A DNA stretch of 64,000 bases. Source: Myroides sp. (GTDB lineage Bacteria; Bacteroidota; Bacteroidia; Flavobacteriales; Flavobacteriaceae). Of this stretch, positions 41,669 to 52,355 are shown in pieces. Each line of letters starts with the position of its first letter. Position 1 is the stretch's first letter. A model generated the notes under the pieces. The model was given only the letters and a program-made list of their open reading frames with translations. It was not told the origin of the DNA and made no database searches. The DNA lies in NCBI GenBank assembly GCA_036643355.1, contig JAVXSC010000001.1:62205-126204 (forward strand), in the 5' to 3' direction. Both the position numbers and the translations under genes were made by a program.

Positions 41669-41807
41669 AATAGTGTTGTTTTAAAAAACATTTTGGCATT
41701 GTAAATATATTAAATTTCTATTTCAAAAATTGTTTGCTCAAGTTTGGATGAAGAAGTTGTTTAACCTTAAATACAAAGTTTCGGGGCTTGCCTGTTACAA
41801 GCTGCCC

Positions 41808-42319
41808 TTATTTCTTTGTCTTTTTAATTGCGTCCAAGTATATTTTTTTGATACTGTTTTTTTCTTCTTTGAGGCAAAGAGTTTCTATTATAGCAAATAA
41901 GTCTTTGTTGTATTTGGTCTTGACTTTTAGAATTTCGCCTAAAGCAAACTCCATCGTACAACTGTTCCTTCGTGTTCAGTATTAGTCAGCAAATTATCAA
42001 TAGATTTTTCCAATTTTGTTGGAAATAAATGTGCAATATTACCAATCACTTTTGCACTTTCCCATTTTATTCTTGGTGCTTTTTCTGTTAATGTATAAGT
42101 AACAAATGCTAAAACAGTGTCATCTGCTAAGTCTGGATTTTGTTTGGTAGCATATTCCATTGCTTCAATACAGGTCGCCTTTGCGGGGTCTTTTTGTTTT
42201 TCAGCATAAGTAATAAGTTCGTCAAATGGTAAAGATTTGTCCAAAATCCACTTGCTAATAGTTTCTGTTTTTTCTTTTGGTTTTATTGTCTTATCTTTTA
42301 TTAATTCGTCTATTATCAT
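41808..42319 (-). pseudogene. HEAT-repeat protein, frameshifted
   Basis: PRIKWESAKVIG; reading continues in another frame (FALGEILK...IKKTKK*) after about 41947. Confidence 0.7.
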
Positions 42320-42331
42320 TGTCGATAAAGT

Positions 42332-42595
42332 TTAATTTCTCCAACGTTCTAAATTTCCAAGCATAAAAGGTATTGAAAAAATCCAAGCAAAAATTTTACT
42401 TTTTCTACCTTCTATCATTCCCTTTTTTGTCATTTCAGAAAATTCTTTTAGGGTAACATTTACTCCTTTAAATTCTCCATTTTCATAACAAAAGTTACAA
42501 TATTTAGTCTTTTATGCTCCATCTTTTTCTGTTTCACCACCTTACGTGTCTTTGCTTGAATGCATTATGCAACTTTGGCAATTTTTATAATTTCG
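42332..42595 (-). pseudogene. Putative zinc-ribbon domain protein with two internal stops
   Basis: CQSC.M...G.EKDG...YCNFCYENGEF...LERW. Confidence 0.7.
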
Positions 42596-42753
42596 TTTTA
42601 GGGGTGCTTGTAACTCTCAAATATACGCAATCACATTTATTTAAGACATTATCTGTCAGCGACAACCACAATAAAATCTTTTAGATTACCTATACCGAAG
42701 AAGACAATAGGGATTTCCAGCTTTTTATATCAAACTATTATTATTATTATTAT

Positions 42754-43146
42754 TTAAAAGTGATCAAATCCTTGATTAGAAACAATTTTAGTATCTATAC
42801 CTTTTCTTTTCAAATCAATTTTGATAGCCTGATGCCCCGTACCTTTAGGTACTCGTGAACAAACAATATAGGCTCTTTTCTCATTATTAATACTTAACCT
42901 ATCATGAGTCGCTATTATCTGCATCTTAGCATGCTCAAGGTTTGTTTCTTTTAATTCAACATAAATATCTAATCCTTTAGGATTAACCATCAACATAAAA
43001 TCACAACGGATAGTAGCATCGTTGATTTCGCATCCGTCAACCTCAATACGGACAGTTTCTACATCATTAGTATTATTTAATGTGAGCTTTCTGCCATTTT
43101 CTTCAAAAACCTTAATTTTCCGTTTATCCGTTTTTCTACATGCCAT
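42754..43146 (-). CDS. Hypothetical protein with nuclease-like CD..(Y)VELK motif
   Basis: VDGC...RCDF...YVELK; overlaps the stop of the upstream remnant. Confidence 0.65.
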   Translation of the reverse strand: MACRKTDKRKIKVFEENGRKLTLNNTNDVETVRIEVDGCEINDATIRCDFMLMVNPKGLDIYVELKETNLEHAKMQIIATHDRLSINNEKRAYIVCSRVPKGTGHQAIKIDLKRKGIDTKIVSNQGFDHF

Positions 43147-43341
43147 CGTCCTCAAATTCAATATCTAACAAATGATCAAAAGTAACACCAATAGTATTAG
43201 AGACTTTATCTAATAATGTTGCGTCTATAATCCCATCATCTTTCTTCATTAAATTCAAATTTTCCTTTCCTGTGATAGCATTAGCATTTACAACATCATA
43301 ACTTAACAATTGGTCTTGTGGAATTAAGCTAAAAACCTTAA
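43136..43341 (-). pseudogene. C-terminal remnant, probably of an AAA/ABC-like ATPase
   Basis: Open frame ending GIIDATLLDKVSNTIGVTFDHLLDIE; no start; family inferred from resemblance and coupling. Confidence 0.45.
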
Positions 43342-43351
43342 TTATTTTACG

Positions 43352-43716
43352 ATGATCTTTTTTCGCAATATTTCCAATTTCGCCAAACTTGACAGCGTAG
43401 TAATTGGTTATTTAAAACTCAATTTTGGGCAATCGCAAACCGAATTAAAGGACGAAAAAGCCCTTGAAATTGAAAGAATTTATGTGCTTAAAGAATTCCA
43501 TGGAAAAAAAATAGGGCAGATTCTATACGATAAAGCCCTAGAAGTTGCCAAAGATAGGAAAGCCGATTATGTATGGTTAGGAGTTTGGGAAGAAAACCCT
43601 AGAGCCATAAGCTTTTACAGGAAAAATGGTTTGTTGAATTTGACAAACACATTTTTGTTCTAGGTGATGACGAGCAAACTGATATTCTGATGAAATTAGA
43701 GTTGACGAAAAACTAA
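43352..43716 (+). pseudogene. GNAT acetyltransferase (PaiA-like), 5' truncated and frameshifted
   Basis: LEIERIYV..EFHGKKIG, WLGVWEENPRAISFY; continues in another frame as HIFVLGDDEQTDILM. Confidence 0.8.
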
Positions 43717-43721
43717 AAAGT

Positions 43722-43850
43722 AGCAACATTTGGAAACAGCACGCAGAAAGTCTTAATTCAAGTTTTGTACATTAGTATAAAAATTGTATTTTATTTGAAG
43801 GCTTCGGCTGTGAAATGCCTATTATTCCCCAAGCGTCATAACGTTACCTG
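43722..43850 (+). other. Degenerate attC-like site
   Basis: CCAAGCGTCATAACGTT (to 43845) matches CCAAGCGCCAAAACGTT at 5041-5057 at 15/17. Confidence 0.5.
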
Positions 43851-44159
43851 TTATTTAAAAGAAAAGAAAGTGCAAAAAACAATTTTGAAATAAAGCTTAT
43901 TGATTTATTTTGGCTTAAAAGTGACGATGAAGACCTGAATGTTACAATTAACGCGCATAGATCATGTGGAGTATTTATGATACCGATGGGTTGGTCTAAT
44001 TTTGAAACGGTAGGAATATATAAGAGGATAGAATGAATATCAATAGAATTTAATACTAAGACTTGGTGTTAAAATATATCTAAAGTAGTTGTCTGCACAA
44101 GTTTTAGATTATTTAATTTCATAAATTTGAGAAAACTAAAAATACTAAATCTTATAACT

Positions 44160-44453
44160 ATGAAATGTCCCAATTGTAATGAAACGCTGCTGATTACAGA
44201 AAGGCAAACTGTTGAAATAGATTATTGCCCATCGTGCAGAGGTGTATGGTTAGACAGAGGCGAATTAGACAAACTGTTGGAGTTTGCATCTAGTCAGAAG
44301 ACGGGTGAACGTTACAGCCAGCACACTGATAGGATTCATGACAAAGACCGTTATGAAAGCCGAGACCGAAATTATAACGATAAGGAAAAATACGATCAGC
44401 AATATCCCCGAAAAAAGAAATCGTTTCTATCTGATTTTTTTGATTTTGATTAA
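44160..44453 (+). CDS. zf-TFIIB domain protein
   Basis: MKCPNC...VEIDYCPSCRGVWLDRGELDKL...KKKSFLSDFFD. Confidence 0.88.
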   Translation: MKCPNCNETLLITERQTVEIDYCPSCRGVWLDRGELDKLLEFASSQKTGERYSQHTDRIHDKDRYESRDRNYNDKEKYDQQYPRKKKSFLSDFFDFD

Positions 44454-44564
44454 TTATCTGATTATTAATTTACAAAATTAATTGGTAGTGTATTATCGAT
44501 TTTAGTCAGTATTTAAAAGTATAAGAATTATAATAAATTAATAAAACACAAAAGATAAATTCAT

Positions 44565-44637
44565 TATATTTGAATTCATAAGTGTTTTTTTTGGTTATAA
44601 AAGAGGTTGCAAGTTTCTTACTTCAACCTCTTTTTTT
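44565..44637 (+). ncRNA. Candidate sRNA unit A
   Basis: -7 box TATATTTG, body TTCATAAGTGTTTT.., GAGGTTG/CAACCTC terminator; body 23/24 identical to 53591-53614. Confidence 0.55.
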
Positions 44638-44906
44638 GTTTGATTTTAAAAACAGAAAATCAGTATTTTTACAGGTCATGTGAAAAAACAACTTTTAACT
44701 ACCTACCCTTTTTTACTGTATGGTTTGTTGAAAAAGATACCGAAAGTGACAGCACCTAAACATAATAACAGATTCAATGGTAATTAAAGTTAAGATAGAG
44801 GCGCCAAAAAACATTGAGACATCTATATTTTAGTATTTCTACGATAAGCTTATAGATCTTTTAATGTTAAAGTTAATGACTGCCCAAAACAAGATATAAA
44901 TTACCA

Positions 44907-45854
44907 TTAATCTATGGAAACTCCAACCTGCGAAATAAAGTCATTCCAGATTTCCTCAGCTACCTGATTAGCTGAAAAATGTTGATCCCCTTTACTTAAT
45001 CTATTGAATGCTGAAGATGCTTTGGACCAAAACTGATCATATTCACCATTTTCAACATTATAAACCTTGTCCATCTGCATCGAGTTTGAATTAACCTTTT
45101 CTGTAAATGAATAAGTTAAATCTGCAAAGTGGTGTTGACCTTCTTTTAGCATCTTGATCGTAACAAAACAATCTTTATTGTTTGCCCTATTAGAAATTAA
45201 ACAGGTAAAATATTCACTATTATCTGTAATAAAACGAGCCTGAAGATTATCAACAAAATTCAATTCTGTAACAGAAGACCGAAAATAATCTTTTATTTCA
45301 TCGAACCCCTTTTCCTTAAAATTAAATTTATCTACTTCGCTGAAGTATTTTTTTACCTTATAATTTCTAGCTAACTTCTCCTCTGTCGGGATAGTAATAT
45401 TTTCAGCCGTGACCGATGGACCAGTGACTGAAACCAAGCGCCTTAATTCATCTGTTACGTTTAAAAACGCATTATTAGGGTTTGTCCATTCACTTACTGA
45501 CTTACCGTCTTTTGGAAGCGCCTTTAAATTTCCGAAAGGTGTTTTTTGCCAGTCGCAAGGTTCAACAATTATTGGCACAATAATTAGTTTACCATTTTTT
45601 TGCATTTCCTGCGCAGCTTTAAATTCATTATTGTAACAGTAATCTGAATGAATATAATCAGGGCTTAATAAAGCTATAAATAGCTGGGAAGATCCCAATT
45701 CTTTTGCTATGACATTATCAAGGTTTTCCCCTACATGAATTTCTTTATCGGTCCAATCGCTGATCAAGCCCTCCCTTCTAATCTGAGCAAGGTGCACTTT
45801 TAAGCGTTCAAGATAAGTTTGATCTTTGTGACTGTACGAGATAAAAGCCTTCAT
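44907..45854 (-). CDS. TIR domain protein
   Basis: FISYSHKD, LLSPDYIHSDYC..E, IVPII..PCDW, ALP.DGK. Confidence 0.9.
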   Translation of the reverse strand: MKAFISYSHKDQTYLERLKVHLAQIRREGLISDWTDKEIHVGENLDNVIAKELGSSQLFIALLSPDYIHSDYCYNNEFKAAQEMQKNGKLIIVPIIVEPCDWQKTPFGNLKALPKDGKSVSEWTNPNNAFLNVTDELRRLVSVTGPSVTAENITIPTEEKLARNYKVKKYFSEVDKFNFKEKGFDEIKDYFRSSVTELNFVDNLQARFITDNSEYFTCLISNRANNKDCFVTIKMLKEGQHHFADLTYSFTEKVNSNSMQMDKVYNVENGEYDQFWSKASSAFNRLSKGDQHFSANQVAEEIWNDFISQVGVSID

Positions 45855-46369
45855 AATTCGTTATTTTTTTTATTAAGGTTGCTGTATTTTTGATTCGATC
45901 TCTATAGTTACTATTTAGTTTGGCTCCTAATACCTGTCAATCAAACTTATTTATTAACTAAGCCTAAAGATAACGAACTATATGTAAATGACAAGACAAA
46001 ACTGTTGAGTTACAAAAAGAAAATTTTTAATTTAGTTGCTATATATGATTGGAATGACTGAAACATTGGGATATCGATTTTTATTCTGTTATACAGCCGA
46101 AAAATAAAAAAAGCGAGCTATAGCCCGCTTAATAGATACCGCCCCTCCTTTTGTTAGTTCGACTTCTTAATAATTTTGTTTACTAATATTACAAAACAAA
46201 TTAGAATTACCAAACCACCAATCGAATAAAGCCAAACTATTTCAGTTTTTTTGGCGTCACTTTTAGTTAAATTAAAAGCATTGCCTGTACATCAATCTAC
46301 TTACAATCGTTTGGAGTATTGTTTTGTGTAAAATTTTATTTTTCTTTTTTATATTTTTAAATAACTTTT

Positions 46370-46544
46370 TATATTTGAAAACGTGTTTATTAATATTGTA
46401 GTTTTTGCAATTAAGGAGGTGGCTTCGGCAACCTCTTTTTTATTAAAAAAAAATTTGATTTTGTAAATTTTATAATACATTTGAAGTTCATATCAACCTA
46501 TTTAATTGTTTATAAGCATCAACATTATTTGTTGATGCTTTTTT
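46370..46544 (+). ncRNA. Candidate tandem sRNA units B1 and B2
   Basis: Two -7 boxes (46370, 46476), each followed within about 60 nt by a terminator; homologous to 53670-53849. Confidence 0.55.
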
Positions 46545-46737
46545 ATGTGAAAGACATGCCGCTTTTTGTTTTCTTTTTCAAGCTAAACTATTCCAAACTT
46601 CAGCAACTTTAGTACATTTTAAAAATTCCTCAATGATCGATTAAATATATGGATTAACATTTAAAGTGCTACAATACTAAAAAAGATCCCTATCTGAAAT
46701 CAGATTTAGAAAGCACTGGGAATTACTAACTGTTAAA

Positions 46738-48996
46738 TTAGTCATCTTGGCGATCGTGCTCCAAAAGGTGCTGCTTTCTGTCCAGAGAAAATACAAACCA
46801 TACAAAAGCAAACAATCCGATAGCGAAAACCGAATCACCAATAACACGAAGCCATTTGATATTATCCATTCCGGGGCCCTTTAAGAATTCGGCAGAACGG
46901 GCATACCACATACCTTCGTTTACACTGGCGATTGCCTGTAAAACACCCATTGGCAGTAAACTAAGCACCAGCATGAGCATTAGGCCGATGTTGATAGACC
47001 AAAATGCAAAACCAATCAGTTTGTCATTCCATTTCTGAATGCGGTACATACTTCTAAGGGTAAAAAGCATCAGTCCCAGACCAAGCATTCCGTAAACACC
47101 GAACAAGGCACCGTGAGCATGCGCCGAGGTGGTATTCAGTCCTTGGATATAATACAGGGCTAGTGGCGGATTGATTATGAAACCCAATATACCAGCACCG
47201 AAGAAATTCCAAAAGGCAACTGCAACTAGGCAGTATATGGGCCATTTGTAATCCACGAGCCATTTGGTAGCCTTACTAAGGCGGTAGTTTTCATAAGCTT
47301 CATACCCGATAAGTACCAGAGGTACTACTTCCAATGCACTGAATGTGGCGCCGATTGCCATGATCGCCGTTGGCGTTCCACTGAAATACAGATGATGGAA
47401 GGTACCCAGAATACCGCCTGAAAGAAAAATTACTGTTGAAAGAATAACCGTAACCGTAGCCGTTTTTGTACGGAGCAAGCCCAACCTTACAAATAGGAAT
47501 GCCGACACTACTGTTGCAAAAACTTCGAAGAAACCCTCTACCCACAGATGTACGACCCACCACCTCCAGTATTCGGCAATGGCCAGATTGGTCTGGCGGC
47601 CCCACATTAATCCGGCGGCGTAAAATATGGCTATAGCTGCCGATGCTACAAGGAACATTGTAAGCAATCCTTTTTCTGCCGTTCGGTTTCTGATAACGGG
47701 AATTAACGGGCGAAACATCAATGCAAGCCAAACAAATAGCCCTATGCAAAGGAAAATTTGCCAAAACCTTCCAAGGTCAACATATTCATAGCCCTGATGA
47801 CCAAACCAGAAATTAGTTTCGAGACCCAATTTCTGCATTACACCCATCCACTGACCCGCCATAGAACCCAAGACAATAACCAGTATGCATACAAAGAGGA
47901 AATTAACACCCAGTTTTTGATATTTTGGATCTTTGCCGGCAACCGACGGTGCAATATACAGACCTGTTGCCAGCCAGGCAGTCGCGATCCATAAGATGCC
48001 CAGCTGCACATGCCACGTTCTGGTAACGGCATAAGGAAGAATGCTTGAGAGATCGAAACCGTAGAAAGCATCATCCTCTACACCGTAATGGGCTGTTACG
48101 ACACCTGCCGTCACCTGAATAAGTATAAGTATGCTTATTACCCAGATATATTTTTTAATAGCCAACATAGACGGTGTGAGCACCTGCCGCATAAGCGGAT
48201 CTTCGACCGGCATTTCCGGCATATGATCCCTGCGCAGACGGGCGTGATAGAAAACCATTCCCCCCACCCCGATCAAAAGCAGGATGATGCTGACTCCCGT
48301 CCAAATCAACAGGTTGCCGGTAGGTTTGTTGCCAACCAATTCTTCCGGTGGCCAATTGTGCGTGTAGGTTATATTACTGTCCGGGCGCTCTGTTACACAT
48401 GCCCAGGTTGCCCAAAAGAAAAAGCCACTCATCTGACGCATCCGTACACTGTCCTTTATGGCGTTTTTAGGAATCGCGTAATTGTTCCGCAGTTCGTCAA
48501 GATCGGGATTATTCATGAACAGCCCCGCATAATATCCGTTGAGGTGTTCAATCGCGTCGGCCCGTATAGGAGAGACCGTTATTTCGCCACTCTCGTGGTC
48601 ATAAGTGTTTTTACGAAGTTCAAGCTGTAGGCGGCGCTCCAAACCGGCCTGATTCTCACTTGGCAGGGTTTCGTAAGGCATTGCATACTCTGACTGTGAC
48701 CATCGGTTCAAGATATAAAGTGCTTCACGATGAAGCCAGTCGGCAGTCCAGTCAGGAGCAAGATAAGCACCGTGACCCCATACGGAGCCAACTTCCTGTC
48801 CCCCAATACTCTGCCACACATTCTGCCCGTCTTTTATATCCTGACCTTCAAAAACTACCTGCCCGGAAGTAGTAACCACCCGTTGTGGCAAGGGAGGTGC
48901 TTTTTGATAAATTTCGTGACCGTAATACCCCAGAATCCCCAACGATACCGTCGTGATCAGAATAAAGGCAATCCATAGTTTTCTTTCCTGACTCAT
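46738..48996 (-). CDS. norB: Quinol-dependent nitric oxide reductase (qNor)
   Basis: GSVWGHGAYLAPDWTADWLH, WWVVHLWVEGFFEVF, GTFHH, AHAHGALFG. Confidence 0.95.
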   Translation of the reverse strand: MSQERKLWIAFILITTVSLGILGYYGHEIYQKAPPLPQRVVTTSGQVVFEGQDIKDGQNVWQSIGGQEVGSVWGHGAYLAPDWTADWLHREALYILNRWSQSEYAMPYETLPSENQAGLERRLQLELRKNTYDHESGEITVSPIRADAIEHLNGYYAGLFMNNPDLDELRNNYAIPKNAIKDSVRMRQMSGFFFWATWACVTERPDSNITYTHNWPPEELVGNKPTGNLLIWTGVSIILLLIGVGGMVFYHARLRRDHMPEMPVEDPLMRQVLTPSMLAIKKYIWVISILILIQVTAGVVTAHYGVEDDAFYGFDLSSILPYAVTRTWHVQLGILWIATAWLATGLYIAPSVAGKDPKYQKLGVNFLFVCILVIVLGSMAGQWMGVMQKLGLETNFWFGHQGYEYVDLGRFWQIFLCIGLFVWLALMFRPLIPVIRNRTAEKGLLTMFLVASAAIAIFYAAGLMWGRQTNLAIAEYWRWWVVHLWVEGFFEVFATVVSAFLFVRLGLLRTKTATVTVILSTVIFLSGGILGTFHHLYFSGTPTAIMAIGATFSALEVVPLVLIGYEAYENYRLSKATKWLVDYKWPIYCLVAVAFWNFFGAGILGFIINPPLALYYIQGLNTTSAHAHGALFGVYGMLGLGLMLFTLRSMYRIQKWNDKLIGFAFWSINIGLMLMLVLSLLPMGVLQAIASVNEGMWYARSAEFLKGPGMDNIKWLRVIGDSVFAIGLFAFVWFVFSLDRKQHLLEHDRQDD

Positions 48997-49069
48997 GTGT
49001 TGACGATTTTAGATTAATTGTATTATTAAGGATAAAATTTTTAGTAAAAGGTTGTTTGAAAGTTGTGCT

Positions 49070-49420
49070 CTACTGCGGAATACTTTTAGTCACCAGAACA
49101 ATGCTGCGTTGATGGGCATATATGCAGTGCGGTACATGTGCCTCTAAGGTGAGTAACTGTGTGCTGTCAAGTTCATGTTCGCCGTCATCTGTCCGGAATG
49201 ATACACTGCCTTTAACCACCTGAACACTGATAGGTCCCGGGGCAGTATGCCTCTTTAATTCAATATGTGCATGCAATGCAATGAGCACGATCTGCATTCC
49301 CACCTGCGTGTATAACGGGTATGTATTGATGTTTTTATCCAAACGAGCTTCTAAATCCTTTATAGCTCGCGCAAGATCAAGAACACTAACGGATGATTTT
49401 GTTTTTGTATTTGTATTCAT
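49070..49420 (-). CDS. Cupin domain protein
   Basis: HTAPGPISVQV..G...PH. Confidence 0.8.
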   Translation of the reverse strand: MNTNTKTKSSVSVLDLARAIKDLEARLDKNINTYPLYTQVGMQIVLIALHAHIELKRHTAPGPISVQVVKGSVSFRTDDGEHELDSTQLLTLEAHVPHCIYAHQRSIVLVTKSIPQ

Positions 49421-49743
49421 TGCTTTCTTTGTAAGGTACTCTTTTTAAAAACATAAACAGTTGAAATTCAATTTAATTAGTAAAACTATTGACACATGCA
49501 ACTACGTTACATCTTAGCTGCATTTTAATTATCATTAGTTTCCTTTACAAGTGGCGCTTATTTCGGTAGGCTATAATCATAAAGATAGAGGTTCGGAAAA
49601 CAGCAGTGTCTTTTGTTGCTAAAAATTATTTGGTTTTTGAATGTGGGGAGCCCGTGTCATTTACCTCACTTCAAAAAGACAGATATAGTTTCTGACCGGG
49701 GTGAATAGTATAAGTTGCTTTTTGCGTAAATGTTCTTGAAAGA

Positions 49744-49896
49744 TTAGGCGATGTCCGTATCGATCTGTTCTGTCAGTACATTATCGTAAACACTTTTTTC
49801 TTCCCTGTCTAACAAATGGATTATTGCAATAATTACAAGAGGTGTTAGAACCGCTATGACCACTATAAAAAACCTTTGACCTTTAGTGGGCCGCAT
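49744..49896 (-). CDS. Small single-TM hypothetical protein
   Basis: Hydrophobic helix; ATG directly after the upstream stop. Confidence 0.5.
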   Translation of the reverse strand: MRPTKGQRFFIVVIAVLTPLVIIAIIHLLDREEKSVYDNVLTEQIDTDIA

Positions 49897-49897
49897 G

Positions 49898-50104
49898 CTA
49901 AACATACAGTACTTTAAGAGGATTGAAAGCTCCAACTACCTCTATTTTATTCTCACGGTCGTTAGAATCATACCATTTGCTGGTAGTAGCATCAAAATAA
50001 GACAAAACGGTAAAATACATGTTGTTCAACTTTTTGTTTACCATGTACAAACCGGATTCCTGAAGGCGGCTTTCGGGATAAATAAGCCATCTGACTACTT
50101 TCAT
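49898..50104 (-). CDS. Small hypothetical protein
   Basis: ATG with A-rich context; coupled to the next ORF. Confidence 0.5.
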   Translation of the reverse strand: MKVVRWLIYPESRLQESGLYMVNKKLNNMYFTVLSYFDATTSKWYDSNDRENKIEVVGAFNPLKVLYV

Positions 50105-50473
50105 AATTTATAATTTAAGTTCTAAAAATTTTAAAGCAGCTTTTACTGCTTTTTACAAGTTAGTGATAATCAATGAGCTTTAATCTTAAAAGAACAATTA
50201 TTACAAAAACAAATTACCCAAAGTGTAAGTAAACCAAATATGAACATTTGATAAATGACTTGTCCTAAAATAGGTTTACACAAAAGTGTAATTTATGAAA
50301 ACAGAACAAAAACTATCTACACCACGAAGCACCCTTAATTGCATCCGCTGCAAGTGGTAACCTTTATGCGTTCTATAAAAAAAGAACACATTAAAATTGT
50401 GAATATCTATTTAAAAAACACCCTTTACTCTTCACTTTTAAACCTATCTTTGCCATCCTAAAAAAATAAAGAA

Positions 50474-51022
50474 ATGAGTGCAACATGGTATGAATGTAAA
50501 GTAAAATATAGAAAGTTAGATGAAACCGGAAAACAGAAAGTAGTTACAGAACCCTATTTAGTTGATGCTTTATCTTACACAGAAGCTGAAAAGAGAATTA
50601 ACGAAGAGATGAAGGCTTTTATTAGCGAAGAATTTAAAATTACCAACATTACTATGGCGAATTATGCAGAAATTCATCCATTTGAAAATGCAGATCGTTG
50701 GTTTAAATCTAAAATTTCGTTGTTGGCTTATGATGAAGAAAGCGGTAAAGAACGAAAAACTAATTTTTATTTGCTGATACAAGCCAATGACGTAAGAGAA
50801 GCCTTTGATAATACCCTGATTATCATGAAAAACACCATGGGTGACTATACCATTCCTGCTATATCAGAATCGGCGATTACAGATGTTTTTCCTTATTTGA
50901 ACGGAGAAGAAGGTGATGCAGAAAAATTAGAACGATTCAATTTCTTAAAAAATGACTATTTAGAAAACGATCAATGGAAAGAAAATAAAGATGCCGCATT
51001 GATTGATGCGTTAGAGGTTTAG
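50474..51022 (+). CDS. DUF4494 domain protein
   Basis: WYECKVKY.K....G..K.VTEPYLVDALSYTEAE; promoter TATCTTTG just upstream. Confidence 0.85.
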   Translation: MSATWYECKVKYRKLDETGKQKVVTEPYLVDALSYTEAEKRINEEMKAFISEEFKITNITMANYAEIHPFENADRWFKSKISLLAYDEESGKERKTNFYLLIQANDVREAFDNTLIIMKNTMGDYTIPAISESAITDVFPYLNGEEGDAEKLERFNFLKNDYLENDQWKENKDAALIDALEV

Positions 51023-51126
51023 AAAATAGTACCTGGTTTTTAATATTTACTTCTTTTTGTTTTCGTATAGAAATCGAACTGACGTAGATTTAGAGTGGAA
51101 GAACTATTTGGGTTTTACATGTTGGA

Positions 51127-51151
51127 GATTCCGGAACAAGCCCGGAATGAC
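51127..51151 (-). repeat. REP-like palindrome GTCATTCCGG..CCGGAATC
   Basis: Inverted repeat with a GTCA foot. Confidence 0.6.
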
Positions 51152-51402
51152 AGTATTTAGTTAGGGAAATGGGGAATACAGGGGAAGCAATAGCGTACCA
51201 TTTTCCTGTTATCCGGGATGGTACTGATGCCTAAAGATGCTGAAAAACCGCTTAAATACTAAAGACGAACAATTGTTCGTCTTTAGTAATATGACTTATT
51301 AGATTAGTAACAGCATGCAACATAGTTCTTAAAATTTGCTGTATAGTACAGCATTTCCGATGACGTGGAAATTATCTGTTTTTCAATGCGGGCAATATTA
51401 GA

Positions 51403-52281
51403 TTATTTCTTAACTATCTTAGTGTTATATGTACCATCTGCATTGGTGAATGATAAAATATATACACCAGCTACCAAGTTGCTTAGGTTTATATAACCTA
51501 AATTTGTGTTGGTAGATTTAATGATTTTTCCTGAGATATCATATACAGTAACCGTACCTTCAAATTCGGGAAAATTAACAGTACCGGTTGTTGGGTTTGG
51601 GTATATTTTTAAATGATTTAACGAAAAATTCTGCGCAGCTAAAGCTTGTGTTGTTAATTTAATATTGTCTATTGTAAGTACAGACGATATACTTACCTGA
51701 TTAACCGGTGTAACAGTAGGACCATTCATTTTATCCATTAATGTACAATCGAATTCAACTTCTACTGTGTCGGGAAGATCATTTGAAACATAATTTATTA
51801 CGCATGTAAACGGCATATAAGTTTGGGCTGTTGTTAACTGTACAACACCTAAACCTACCAAAACGGCATTACCGGTAGCAGGGTTTAACTTTGTTAACCT
51901 AACGGTTGCTTTTGCAACATCGTCTATGATTACGTTGTCGTCATCATAAACCTGATTGTCTGTGTAGGTATAAAAACCTGTTAAGGAATACGGACGGTAG
52001 TTAATGGGTGCCACCTGTACCGCCATGTCTAAATCGTACGTGTACCATATAGATAACCTAAGAGCGGAATTTCCGTTTTGGGCTGCAGCTACAGGCGGAT
52101 GAAAAAAGTTAATGTACGGGTTATTAGGTATACCATTTACCCTTGTCCAATTTACCGGCCGGTTGGTACCCCAAGTAGTGTTTATTGGATTTACCCAATT
52201 TTCAAAATCTGTATTCTGAAGCTGTGCATATCCAGCTACATGAGTTAACAGCAATGCGCCGAAAAGTATTAAATTTTTCAT
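51403..52281 (-). CDS. T9SS type A sorting domain protein
   Basis: Signal peptide; IYPNPT..YDISGK..L..GVY..KIVKK C-terminal domain. Confidence 0.92.
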   Translation of the reverse strand: MKNLILFGALLLTHVAGYAQLQNTDFENWVNPINTTWGTNRPVNWTRVNGIPNNPYINFFHPPVAAAQNGNSALRLSIWYTYDLDMAVQVAPINYRPYSLTGFYTYTDNQVYDDDNVIIDDVAKATVRLTKLNPATGNAVLVGLGVVQLTTAQTYMPFTCVINYVSNDLPDTVEVEFDCTLMDKMNGPTVTPVNQVSISSVLTIDNIKLTTQALAAQNFSLNHLKIYPNPTTGTVNFPEFEGTVTVYDISGKIIKSTNTNLGYINLSNLVAGVYILSFTNADGTYNTKIVKK

Positions 52282-52355
52282 AATTATAAAATTTAGTGAT
52301 TAATACTGTAAAAATACAATCATCAAAAATCTTGGATGTTATAAAAAAACCGAAA

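Noticed and set aside
46100-46200. Possible minus-strand sRNA unit ending in AAGCGGGC/GCTCGCTT plus T run
   Set aside because: A terminator is present but I found no convincing -7 box or seed similarity.
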